Shown here one piece after another: positions 18,965 to 27,182 of a stretch of 32,000 bases of DNA; position 1 is the first letter of the stretch, and the number at the start of each line of letters is the position of its first letter. The stretch is from Desulfocapsa sulfexigens DSM 10523 (GTDB lineage Bacteria; Desulfobacterota; Desulfobulbia; Desulfobulbales; Desulfocapsaceae). The notes under the pieces are model-generated. The model worked only from the letters and a program-made list of their open reading frames with translations. It was not told the origin of the DNA and did no database searches. The DNA lies in assembly GCF_000341395.1 (NCBI RefSeq), contig NC_020304.1:2250001-2282000 (forward strand), written 5' to 3'. A program made the translations under genes and the position numbers.

Positions 18965-20338
18965 CTAAATACGTTTTATTTTGGTAAAGATTTTTTTTAG
19001 ACCATTTTTGTGGAGTAAAATTGAAACTTGCTGGAGGAGTCGTTGGGGCCTTGTGTAAAATTTGAGATAGGCTTGAGATTTCAACTGCTCAATTTTTCTG
19101 GGGAGGACATTCATATGTTCAGGAGAATAATTACAAGCACGATAATAATCAAAATCAGTAAATTGACCTGAAAGCAACTTTTTTTCACTTGCATAGAGAT
19201 GTGTTCCTGGGAAAGGAGTCAAAATACTGAAGGAGACATCATCTATGGGAAGCTTGCATGCAAAACGAATTGTCTCTTGTAAGTCGTCGAGCGTTTCAGA
19301 TGGATGTCCAAGGATAAAATATCCCTGTACCTTCAACTTGAGTTTTTTTGCAATATTCACAGCTTCTATGATCTGTTTGGTGCTGATTTTCTTATTATAG
19401 ACAGTGCCTAGTAATCTGTCGGAGGAAGATTCCATGCCGATGTTTATCTTTCTTAATCCAGCTGCATACATTTTTTCTAAAAGTGCAGCGTCTATATTGT
19501 CGGCTCGTAAATTACAGCACCATCTGAAGTTCATTTCACTCTCGATTAACAGTGAACAGATTCTTTCTGCCCAGACTTTATCTATCATGAATGTGTCATC
19601 TTCAAACATAAACGCATTTATGGAGTATCTCTTTTTTAATAAGTGTAGTTCTTCAATGATGTTCTCGGGCGCCCGCTTCCTGATTTTTTTGCCAAACAGG
19701 TTTGTTAATGTTGGCTGACAAAAACTGCAATTGTAGGGACATCCACGAGATATGATAAGGGATGTTCCTGTAAGGTTTGGAGACACGGTGTCCATACTGT
19801 TCCATATCTTAATATATTCCGACATATTAAAATGGGATCGGTCGGGTGCGGGGAGGCTGTCGATGTCAGTATAGGTCGACCTGCGTTCGTTGGAGATAAT
19901 CTGGCCATTCTCTCTGTATATTAAATTGGCTACTTTTGCAGGAGAATCCAGATTTATCAGTAATTCATAAAATGCCTCTTCACCTTCTCCCTGTATTACC
20001 ATGTCAACGTGAGGATCAGACATGCAGAGTTCTGGAAGAACTGTCGGGTGTGGTCCACCAAAGATGATTTTGGCTGATTGATCCTTTGATTTTATTAAGG
20101 CGGCCATTTCATGTGCATCACCCGCCATAGTTGTCATCACCGAAAAACCAATCAGAGTATATTGGGAGAAGTCATAGGAAGAAATATTTTTGTTGTTTTC
20201 TGTCTCAAAAGTGGCGTCATAGACATCAATAGAGAGATCGGGGAGCTTCATTTTCAGGAATGAAATAATGGATCCCAGTCCCAGAGGAGGCTGTCCTGAC
20301 GGATATTTAAAGCGTGGATAAATCAGGAGTATTTTCAT
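18965..20338 (-). CDS. B12-binding-domain radical SAM enzyme (class B)
   Basis: An N-terminal B12-binding-type region (MKILLIYPRF...LIGFSVMTT...KIIFGGPHPTVLPE) is followed by SRGCPYNCSFC (CxxxCxxC). I prefer the ATG at 20338 to the track's TTG at 20344. It lies 2 nt after the TGA of the upstream GT2 gene, or overlaps it by 4 nt if the TTG is used. Confidence 0.85.
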   Translation of the reverse strand: MKILLIYPRFKYPSGQPPLGLGSIISFLKMKLPDLSIDVYDATFETENNKNISSYDFSQYTLIGFSVMTTMAGDAHEMAALIKSKDQSAKIIFGGPHPTVLPELCMSDPHVDMVIQGEGEEAFYELLINLDSPAKVANLIYRENGQIISNERRSTYTDIDSLPAPDRSHFNMSEYIKIWNSMDTVSPNLTGTSLIISRGCPYNCSFCQPTLTNLFGKKIRKRAPENIIEELHLLKKRYSINAFMFEDDTFMIDKVWAERICSLLIESEMNFRWCCNLRADNIDAALLEKMYAAGLRKINIGMESSSDRLLGTVYNKKISTKQIIEAVNIAKKLKLKVQGYFILGHPSETLDDLQETIRFACKLPIDDVSFSILTPFPGTHLYASEKKLLSGQFTDFDYYRACNYSPEHMNVLPRKIEQLKSQAYLKFYTRPQRLLQQVSILLHKNGLKKIFTKIKRI

Positions 20339-20340
20339 GG

Positions 20341-21084
20341 TCAAGGCTTACGCAACAGGGACTTGATTTTGAACTTAAATAAATCAAACCCAACATTGAT
20401 CGGATCGCTTAGCGGGCGAAATTTTGAATCAAAATTGTTTTCCCAGGTTATGGGTACTTCTTTTATACGATACTTTCTCTTTTTTGCGATACAGAGGAGT
20501 TCTGGGTCAAAACCAAAACGGCATATTGTCAGTTCAGGAAATATTTGTTGGGCGCATTCTGCTGTAAAGGCCTTAAATCCACATTGGGAATCTTGAATAT
20601 CTGGCAACAGGAGCCATCTGACAATATATCCAAAGAGTTTGCCCATCCGGTCTCTGACAAAATTCTGTGGGATTGTTTTTTGAGAGTTGGCCAGTGCACG
20701 CGATCCAATTGCTATATCATAATCTTCTTTCAGAAGAGCTTGTGCCATCTTTTCATACTCATCTATAGGAGTAGACAGGTCTGCGTCAGTAAAGAGGCGT
20801 ATTTCTCCGTTTGCATGGAGCATTCCCCGTTTAATTGAATACCCTTTGCCCCTGTTTTTGCTGTTCTGAAGAATCGTAATGGGGACAGATTGTGAAGAGC
20901 ATTCTTTTTGCAGAATAGACAGCGTATTGTCTTTTGACCCATCATCAACGATGATGAGTTCAATCCTTATTGGGCGCTGGGAAAAATACGTGCTGATATC
21001 TTGAATGGTTTGTTGAATTCGATTTTGTTCATTGTATGTCGGGATGATCACGCTTAACAAGTAGTTGTCTTCTTTGATAAACAT
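20341..21084 (-). CDS. Small GT2 glycosyltransferase (polyprenyl/dolichyl-phosphate hexosyltransferase-like, Dpm1/Alg5 type)
   Basis: Motifs LLSVIIPTYNEQNRI...ELIIVDDGSKDNT...RLFTDADLSTP (DAD). It is the first gene of the 7-gene minus-strand operon. Confidence 0.85.
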   Translation of the reverse strand: MFIKEDNYLLSVIIPTYNEQNRIQQTIQDISTYFSQRPIRIELIIVDDGSKDNTLSILQKECSSQSVPITILQNSKNRGKGYSIKRGMLHANGEIRLFTDADLSTPIDEYEKMAQALLKEDYDIAIGSRALANSQKTIPQNFVRDRMGKLFGYIVRWLLLPDIQDSQCGFKAFTAECAQQIFPELTICRFGFDPELLCIAKKRKYRIKEVPITWENNFDSKFRPLSDPINVGFDLFKFKIKSLLRKP

Positions 21085-21450
21085 AAGTTTACTGTGGGCA
21101 CAGTGGCTCGCTCATTGTGTTTTCTTCTGATACTCTTATGTCTTGCCTGGTTGCTATTATGGCTGTGCTGTAAGGGGAAATGTGTACATAAAGTAGAAAG
21201 TTTATCCCACGTGAGAGGGGATTGCAAATATCATATGGTCTACACTGCCGAAACATTGGCAGAAAGTTGCTTCTGAAGTATGTTTTCATTGTCTGTATTT
21301 CTAACTTCAGCTTTCTTTACTGGTTGAATCTGGTATTTTTGTTTTTAGGTGATTGTTGATTAGTACTCTGAGTTTGCAGATGGTCAATATGCTAACTTTA
21401 TTCTCATTTTTTAGTCAAAGAATAGTATTCTTGGTCATAGATTATTTTTT
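21085..21450. promoter_or_regulatory. 366-bp divergent control region between the 7-gene minus-strand operon and the 3-gene plus-strand operon
   Basis: This is the only gap between the divergent operons. Two sigma70-like pairs lie on the minus strand: TTGACC (21387-21382) - 16 nt - TACTAA (21365-21360), and TTGCAA (21227-21222) - 17 nt - TAAACT (21204-21199). In AT-rich DNA such matches are weak evidence. Confidence 0.4.
21196..21304 (+). pseudogene. Short degraded remnant of an IS200/IS605-family (Y1) transposase N-terminus
   Basis: The translation ESLSHVRGDCKYHMVY matches the conserved IS200 TnpA N-terminal block (recalled as KSLAHTRWNCKYHIVF) at about 10 of 16 positions. After a 1-nt frame shift it continues PKHWQK, compared with PKYRRQ. 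The remaining ~110 aa of a tnpA gene are absent. Confidence 0.35.
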
Positions 21451-23184
21451 ATGGATGTAAGCACTAAACATAAAGTTTTGCTTCTGGTCATTATATTTCT
21501 TGTGTATCTTTCAGCACACTGGAGTGGTGTTCGTTCGCAATATGTAATCAATGATGATGTCAGACAACAGATTTATTGGATGCAGAAGTGGCAGGATCCT
21601 GATTTGTTTGAGAATCATTATCTAACCGAATACGCAAAACAGTATGTTCCGTGGGGGGTTAAAGTAATATACCGGGCAGCTTCTTATTTTATAAATCCCG
21701 TTCAATTCAGTAAAGTTCTGAGTGGACTACTTTTTTTAATGACGGCTGGCAGTCTCTTTCTTCTCGCTTCCCGGCTCGGTGATGAGTTGACTGGAGTTGT
21801 GACAGTTTGTGTTTTTTTGTATTTTGGGTTTTTCCTGGGTGCTGTTTCCGGTGGCCTTTCCAGAGGCTTTGTTTTTCCACTGCTTATTCTGTATCTCTTT
21901 TTTCTGTCCGGCAATGAAGTGTTTCGTGCTGGTATCGTTATAATGGTACAAGCATTGTTTAATCCCTACCTCTGTCTTTTATGTCTCGTCACACATAGCT
22001 TATTTCTACTTTGCACTCAGTGGTTCTGCCATTTTCCTAGATTGAGGGATGTGTCATGGTTAAACATAAGCAGCGACAGACGAGAACGGTCACAAATCCC
22101 CATAGGGCATTTACTGCTGTCCATAGGACCGGTATGTGTCGGAGTTGTACTCCTGGTCGTGAAATATCGTCTATTCACAGTACCAGATTTTGGGGAAATT
22201 GTTTCGTATGGGGAAATGGTCGGGAATATTGAATATACAGCCGCCGGAAGATATGAAATTATCCCAGTACCATCAATGTTTTTTGAGTGCGTTCGTCCGT
22301 TTATTCAGTTCCCCCCACTTGGAGTATTGAGTGTGATTGCGAGCGTCACAGGGACTCTAATACTTGCTTTTGTTGCTGTGTCAGGGTGGAATAACCAGGC
22401 TGTATACCAACAGATTCAGAGGCTGGAAATTTTTCTTTATCTTCTTTTTGCGTCAGTATTCTTATACTTCCTGGCACGCCTTGTCCTCATGGATCTGTTT
22501 CTGCCAAGTCGCTACATGGAATATTCCTTAACGGTTGTGTATTGTGTATTGACAGGAATGTTTGTTCGTTCAGGCATGGAATATAAGCAGGGAATAAAAA
22601 AGCATACAATCCTGTTGGTAATTTTACTTGTTCTTCTAGGAACGATACGGCTGAATGGTATAGGAATTTACGATTACACAAAGCAGTCATCCTTATATCA
22701 GTTCTTTTTGACAACTCCTAAGAATTGTACTATCGCCGGACACCCTGATATTATGGATAATATAATGACTTTTTCGAAACGAAGGGCTTTTGTCAGCTAT
22801 GAACTCTCTCATACGTGGTATGATCAATACTGGTCAACTATCAAGAGTAGGACATATCAATTCTTTAATGCGTATTATTCCGAAAATCCTGACGAACTAA
22901 GAGATTTTTGCCGAAAACATAAAATTGATTATATGGTGGTTAGAGAAAGCGATTTTCAAGAGAATGGTCTTGGTGGAACGGCCGATTACTTCGAGCCTTT
23001 TGGCACCTATATTCAAGGGCTTTTGAGGGGGAAATCTTCATTTGCCGTGTTTGATGAGACGAATTTCAGGCCAGTGTATTCTCAAGATGGGATTCGTGTG
23101 TTAGCATTTGGAACTGCTCAAGAGCAGGGTTACAATATGTTTGATTTGAGAACCACTGCAGAAAACGAACATCAGGGACTGTAA
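21451..23184 (+). CDS. Polytopic membrane protein with a C-terminal soluble domain, probably a GT-C-like glycosyltransferase
   Basis: It has about 11-12 hydrophobic helices, an acidic first-loop motif (YVINDDVRQQIYW) paralleling the one in the 17196-18917 protein, and a hydrophilic C-terminal domain of ~170 aa. The family call is architectural only. Confidence 0.55.
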   Translation: MDVSTKHKVLLLVIIFLVYLSAHWSGVRSQYVINDDVRQQIYWMQKWQDPDLFENHYLTEYAKQYVPWGVKVIYRAASYFINPVQFSKVLSGLLFLMTAGSLFLLASRLGDELTGVVTVCVFLYFGFFLGAVSGGLSRGFVFPLLILYLFFLSGNEVFRAGIVIMVQALFNPYLCLLCLVTHSLFLLCTQWFCHFPRLRDVSWLNISSDRRERSQIPIGHLLLSIGPVCVGVVLLVVKYRLFTVPDFGEIVSYGEMVGNIEYTAAGRYEIIPVPSMFFECVRPFIQFPPLGVLSVIASVTGTLILAFVAVSGWNNQAVYQQIQRLEIFLYLLFASVFLYFLARLVLMDLFLPSRYMEYSLTVVYCVLTGMFVRSGMEYKQGIKKHTILLVILLVLLGTIRLNGIGIYDYTKQSSLYQFFLTTPKNCTIAGHPDIMDNIMTFSKRRAFVSYELSHTWYDQYWSTIKSRTYQFFNAYYSENPDELRDFCRKHKIDYMVVRESDFQENGLGGTADYFEPFGTYIQGLLRGKSSFAVFDETNFRPVYSQDGIRVLAFGTAQEQGYNMFDLRTTAENEHQGL

Positions 23185-23188
23185 GTAT

Positions 23189-24457
23189 ATGTTGGAGTGG
23201 CTAGCCGAACTGAAAAGATCAGAAAAAGTTGTGTGGATTCTTTTTAGTTTTACATGCTTTCAGCTTGTGACAAAGTTTCCCAATATTACATTGATACCAG
23301 GAGAACGGGCAAAGGTCTTTTCTGGTATACTCTGCTTGATCACTTTCCTCTATCTCCTGCTAATAAAAAAAGATTCTCTTCATCTGGACCGGGAATGGGG
23401 TGTCTGTATTATTCTTGCATTGTTATGTGTTTGTAGCGGAATTGCCAGTGGGGAACCAACCTCTCCTTTGTGGCGAGGCTTGACTGTCCTTTCTTCAGGG
23501 ATTGGTGGCTTTTGGTGTGGAAGGCTGTTGCTAAATACCCCTTCTCGGATTTTCTTGTTTTCTAAACTATGTCTTATTCTTTTAACATTACTTCTTCTCT
23601 TGGGAATAGGTGGCTATTTTCTGTATGGAAATGTGTTGCACTTAGCAGATATTCATAAACATCCATTCAATAACCTGATTCTCCTGCTCTCTTTTGGTCC
23701 CCTGAGCTTATTGTTCAGAGATGATCGACGGGTGAAGATAATTGGAATCTTTTTTTTACTTGTGAGCTATTATGTCATGTCGCTCAGCTTTGACCCGATA
23801 ATCTGGTTTCCTCCTCTCTTGGTCGTAGGAGCAATGGTGTTTACCAATAAAAGAAGAAAAGGTACTGTCTTTTTTATTACGTTAGCCGTCTTTCTAGCGT
23901 CGACGATTCACTTGTACCAGGTGCCCGGTCTTTTTTTTAACAAAGAGGATATTTCAATTTGGTTTAGGGTGGAGAATTTCTTTTTCTCGACTCACATGGC
24001 ATTACAAAAGCCTCTTCTCGGTATTGGCTTGGTGGCTCCTCGTCTAGAATATCTGGAGGATTATGAGATTGTGTATCCCTATGTCACAAAAGAACAATTT
24101 GCCGAGGTTATTCCAGAAATCAACCGTTCTTCTGAAAATCAATTCTTGACGTTTATGTGTGATCTTGGATTCCCATTTGTTCTCCTCTATTCTTTTTCTG
24201 TTGTGATGTTGTATACAAGACTTTTAAGGTATCTGCGACAGGGGAAGTCTATAGGGATGATCCACCCAGTGGTTTTTTGGGTTCCAATAACTGGCACTCT
24301 CATTCATCTTCAGTTTTATGATGGATTACTTCAGCCTCAACCATGCTGGTTCTTTCATATTCTTCTGGGAATGATATCAGTTCAGAATGTAGCGCCGACA
24401 GGTCAGAATCTCTCTCCTGAAGACGAAAAACAAGGCTCTCCTACAGCCTATGTCTGA
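23189..24457 (+). CDS. O-antigen ligase / Wzy_C-family polytopic membrane protein (ligase, polymerase or O-oligosaccharyltransferase)
   Basis: It has about 10-12 TM helices. A large loop is followed by SSENQFLTFMCDLGFPFVLLY, which resembles the (H/N)NxxLxxxxExG block of WaaL/Wzy_C proteins. It starts 4 nt after the upstream stop. Confidence 0.58.
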   Translation: MLEWLAELKRSEKVVWILFSFTCFQLVTKFPNITLIPGERAKVFSGILCLITFLYLLLIKKDSLHLDREWGVCIILALLCVCSGIASGEPTSPLWRGLTVLSSGIGGFWCGRLLLNTPSRIFLFSKLCLILLTLLLLLGIGGYFLYGNVLHLADIHKHPFNNLILLLSFGPLSLLFRDDRRVKIIGIFFLLVSYYVMSLSFDPIIWFPPLLVVGAMVFTNKRRKGTVFFITLAVFLASTIHLYQVPGLFFNKEDISIWFRVENFFFSTHMALQKPLLGIGLVAPRLEYLEDYEIVYPYVTKEQFAEVIPEINRSSENQFLTFMCDLGFPFVLLYSFSVVMLYTRLLRYLRQGKSIGMIHPVVFWVPITGTLIHLQFYDGLLQPQPCWFFHILLGMISVQNVAPTGQNLSPEDEKQGSPTAYV

Positions 24458-24502
24458 GTAATGTGTTATCAGTGATACTTTAAAATAAACTGTGTGTATA
24501 CA

Positions 24503-25720
24503 ATGACGAAAAAAAGACGTGCGGCAGTATCACTGGACGCCATACTAAAGGGAGCGCAGATTCTGCTACCGCATCCTCGTATTGGATTGAAGCTGGCCAG
24601 GATTGAAGCGGAAAAGAAATTCTTTCCTTTTCTGAACCCTAAAAGAAAAAGTGGCTATGCACGAAAAATTCACCAGCTGTCTATACGGATAACGGATTTG
24701 TGCAACCTTCGCTGCCATACCTGCGGCCAATGGGGAGATAATGGTTTTCTCCATGGATGTAATCCGGGCGAGCTTAAAGGAAGAGAAGTTTCAGGAAAAA
24801 GATATCTTGAGATCTTTGATGATCTTGTGCATCATGGACACCGGCCAAATGTTTATATATGGGGAGGCGAACCCACCATGTACGTTTCACTTCTCGATAT
24901 CCTCTATGGTGCCACTGAAAGGAAAATGCCTGTATCCATTGTTTCAAACGGCCATAGGATTGCCAGTATGGCTGAGGAGTTGATTAAGAGCCGTTTATAT
25001 CTTCTGCAGCTGTCAATAGATGGCCACAATGGTGATGTGCACAATGGACTTCGGCCATCAGCTGGAAAAGGTGATGCATTTAATGATATCCTCAAGGGGC
25101 TGCAGGCAGTCTACGAATGTAGAAAAGGTCGTCCTGGTTTACCGATTGTGGCCTCACTCACGGTGATTTCCAAGCAGAACATGCATCATCTCGTAGATAT
25201 CTATCATCGTTTTAAGAAGTATGTGGATATTTTTGTCTTTTATCCTTCATGGTGGATTAACCATGAACAGGCGGAACGACATGAGACTGACTTTAGTGAA
25301 CGTTTTGGGTTTCAACCAAAACTTCACCGGGGATGGATAGGCAGTTGGAAACCTGATGAGTACCAAACCCTCGCAGAACAGATCAAGGAATTAAAATCAC
25401 TTTCTAAATCCTTGTCGGCACCCTCTGTGACCTTTATTCCCGATATCACGACCGTTGCAGATTTGGAAAAATATTACACAGATCATCAGGAAACATTTGG
25501 CTACGATGAGTGTGTCTCTATCTTTCAGGCAGTGGAGCTTGATTCCAATGGCGATATGTCACCCTGTCGAGATTACCATGATTATATCGTTGGTAATGTA
25601 AAAGAGAAAACTATTACAGAGTTGTGGAATTCAGAAAGGTATCGGGACTTCCGTGCAAGCCTTCAGAGGGATGGCCTTATGCCGGTATGCTGCCGTTGCT
25701 GCGGTTTGATGGGATATTAA
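24503..25720 (+). CDS. Radical SAM enzyme with a C-terminal SPASM/twitch-type Cys-rich domain
   Basis: The radical SAM motif is ITDLCNLRCHTCGQWG (CxxxCxxC). The C-terminus reads CVSIFQAVELDSNGDMSPCRDYHDYIVGNVKEKTITELWNS...PVCCRCCGLMGY, a typical SPASM pattern. I prefer the ATG at 24503 to the track's GTG at 24494. Confidence 0.8.
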   Translation: MTKKRRAAVSLDAILKGAQILLPHPRIGLKLARIEAEKKFFPFLNPKRKSGYARKIHQLSIRITDLCNLRCHTCGQWGDNGFLHGCNPGELKGREVSGKRYLEIFDDLVHHGHRPNVYIWGGEPTMYVSLLDILYGATERKMPVSIVSNGHRIASMAEELIKSRLYLLQLSIDGHNGDVHNGLRPSAGKGDAFNDILKGLQAVYECRKGRPGLPIVASLTVISKQNMHHLVDIYHRFKKYVDIFVFYPSWWINHEQAERHETDFSERFGFQPKLHRGWIGSWKPDEYQTLAEQIKELKSLSKSLSAPSVTFIPDITTVADLEKYYTDHQETFGYDECVSIFQAVELDSNGDMSPCRDYHDYIVGNVKEKTITELWNSERYRDFRASLQRDGLMPVCCRCCGLMGY

Positions 25721-25732
25721 GTTATTTTCTCA

Positions 25733-27157
25733 TTAAATATCGATGTCATTTTTTCTCTGTTTGAGGGTGAGTATATTCAATAGCAGCATGGCAATTGTCT
25801 TTGCCTCATGGACGACAAAGGCCATAAAATAATTTCTCAGAAAATAGTTGTTCCAGATCATTTTCAGGTTGAAGTAGGGCTTCAGACATTCAATTTTTTT
25901 TGCCTTGTAGAGTTCGTCACGGCTAAGATATTTAGTTCTTACTACACAGGAAAACCCATTGTACTGTGAGAAATCATCTTTGTTGACAACAAGATCTGCG
26001 GCAAGCATCTCCTCACGTAAAATGGTCTTTGGGTAGGGAGTTATATATTGGACATAAATGGAATCTGGCACCAGGCTGCGAATCTGCTGTAACTGCTTCT
26101 TGATCGACTCTTTGGTGTCGTTGGCGAACCCAACAATAGTACCGGCTATGATTGCCATGTTATGTTTTCTCAGGATGGCTGCTGCCTGCTGGTTGATTTT
26201 GGGGCTGGTTGGTTTTTTAATGGCGCGGAGTACATCTGGATCCATGGATTCAAAGCCGACGAAGATGATTCGGAAGTTCGCCTTATCCATCAGTTCCACA
26301 AGGTCGGGATTGTTGGCCATTCCGGCGGCAGTTACCTGGGTCATGTAGTGCATGTCGTTGAGATTGTTCTCAATTATTGCATTGCAGATGCTTTTGAAAT
26401 GGTCTATTGAGTGAGTGATGTTATCGTCAATGATAAAAACTGACCGTGTACCGTTAGCTTTGATACTTTTTAAATCGGCAACTACTCTTTCGATAGGAAA
26501 GGGGCGGAAGGAGTGACCGTACATATGGGTGATGCAGCAGAATTTGCAGTTGTTTGGGCATCCCCTCGATGTCTCGATAACATCCATTGATTTATCGAGA
26601 ATATTGAAGGAACTGTCCAGGCGACTGCTGCGGTCAGGAAGGGGGAGTTTGCTGATTTCTAAGAGATCTCTCTTGGGATTGTGCACCCAGGAGTCTTGAG
26701 ATCGGTAACTCAAGCCTTTGATAGACTGGAAGTCGGGAGAGGATTGTTCAAGCTCCTTTATTAATGCCGCAAAGGTTATTTCGCCCTCTCCGCGAACAAT
26801 AAAGTCGACGGGTAATCCCGCATCGTTCTCGGTGATCTCTTTGTACATCAAAGTTGCATGATAACCACCAATGACAATTTGTATGTCAGGGTGGGTAGAT
26901 TTTATGTATGCTGCGATTCGCAGGAGGGTATCAAACTGAAAAGTCATGGCACTGAGACCTATTACCTGAGGATTGTAGGTGTTGATTGTCTCGTTTATGG
27001 CTTTTTTTACGCCAGGTTTTTTTAGAATCAGATCCAGTATATGAACATCGTGGCCCTTTACGGAACCGGCGAGGGATGCGAGGGCCAGGTTGGGTAGACG
27101 GCCCACTGTTTCCAATATGTCAGAAGTATCAGGCATTGCAAAAAGAACTATTCTCAT
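25733..27157 (-). CDS. B12-binding-domain radical SAM enzyme (class B)
   Basis: An N-terminal B12-binding-type region (MRIVLFAMPD...VIGLSAMTFQ...QIVIGGYHATLM) is followed by SRGCPNNCKFC (CxxxCxxC). It lies 25 nt downstream of the alpha-oxoamine synthase gene on the same strand. Confidence 0.85.
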   Translation of the reverse strand: MRIVLFAMPDTSDILETVGRLPNLALASLAGSVKGHDVHILDLILKKPGVKKAINETINTYNPQVIGLSAMTFQFDTLLRIAAYIKSTHPDIQIVIGGYHATLMYKEITENDAGLPVDFIVRGEGEITFAALIKELEQSSPDFQSIKGLSYRSQDSWVHNPKRDLLEISKLPLPDRSSRLDSSFNILDKSMDVIETSRGCPNNCKFCCITHMYGHSFRPFPIERVVADLKSIKANGTRSVFIIDDNITHSIDHFKSICNAIIENNLNDMHYMTQVTAAGMANNPDLVELMDKANFRIIFVGFESMDPDVLRAIKKPTSPKINQQAAAILRKHNMAIIAGTIVGFANDTKESIKKQLQQIRSLVPDSIYVQYITPYPKTILREEMLAADLVVNKDDFSQYNGFSCVVRTKYLSRDELYKAKKIECLKPYFNLKMIWNNYFLRNYFMAFVVHEAKTIAMLLLNILTLKQRKNDIDI

Positions 27158-27182
27158 CTTGTTCTCCGGTTCGTGATTTGAA

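Noticed and set aside
21258-21272. Sigma54-like element TGGCAG-AAAG-TTGC upstream of the 21451 operon
   Set aside because: The GG and GC dinucleotides are one nucleotide closer than in the TGGCAC-N5-TTGC consensus, and sigma54 promoters do not tolerate a spacing change. A similar CTGGCA...TTGCA element at 30010-30027 is spaced too widely.
21085-21450. Possible cobalamin riboswitch in the long leader of the operon encoding B12-dependent radical SAM enzymes (minus-strand heptamer GCCACTG at 21107-21101)
   Set aside because: I found only this isolated heptamer, about 17 nt from the start codon. I could not find the other conserved core elements or the paired helices of the cobalamin riboswitch. 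The leader of the other B12-rSAM operon (28425-28778) lacks them too. An Infernal scan would settle this.
21380-21460. 26-codon hydrophobic ORF (MVNMLTLFSFFSQRIVFLVIDYFLWM), considered as a possible radical SAM/RiPP precursor
   Set aside because: It has no ribosome-binding site, overlaps the start of the 21451 gene, lacks Cys/Ser/Thr-rich core features, and is not adjacent to the SPASM enzyme.
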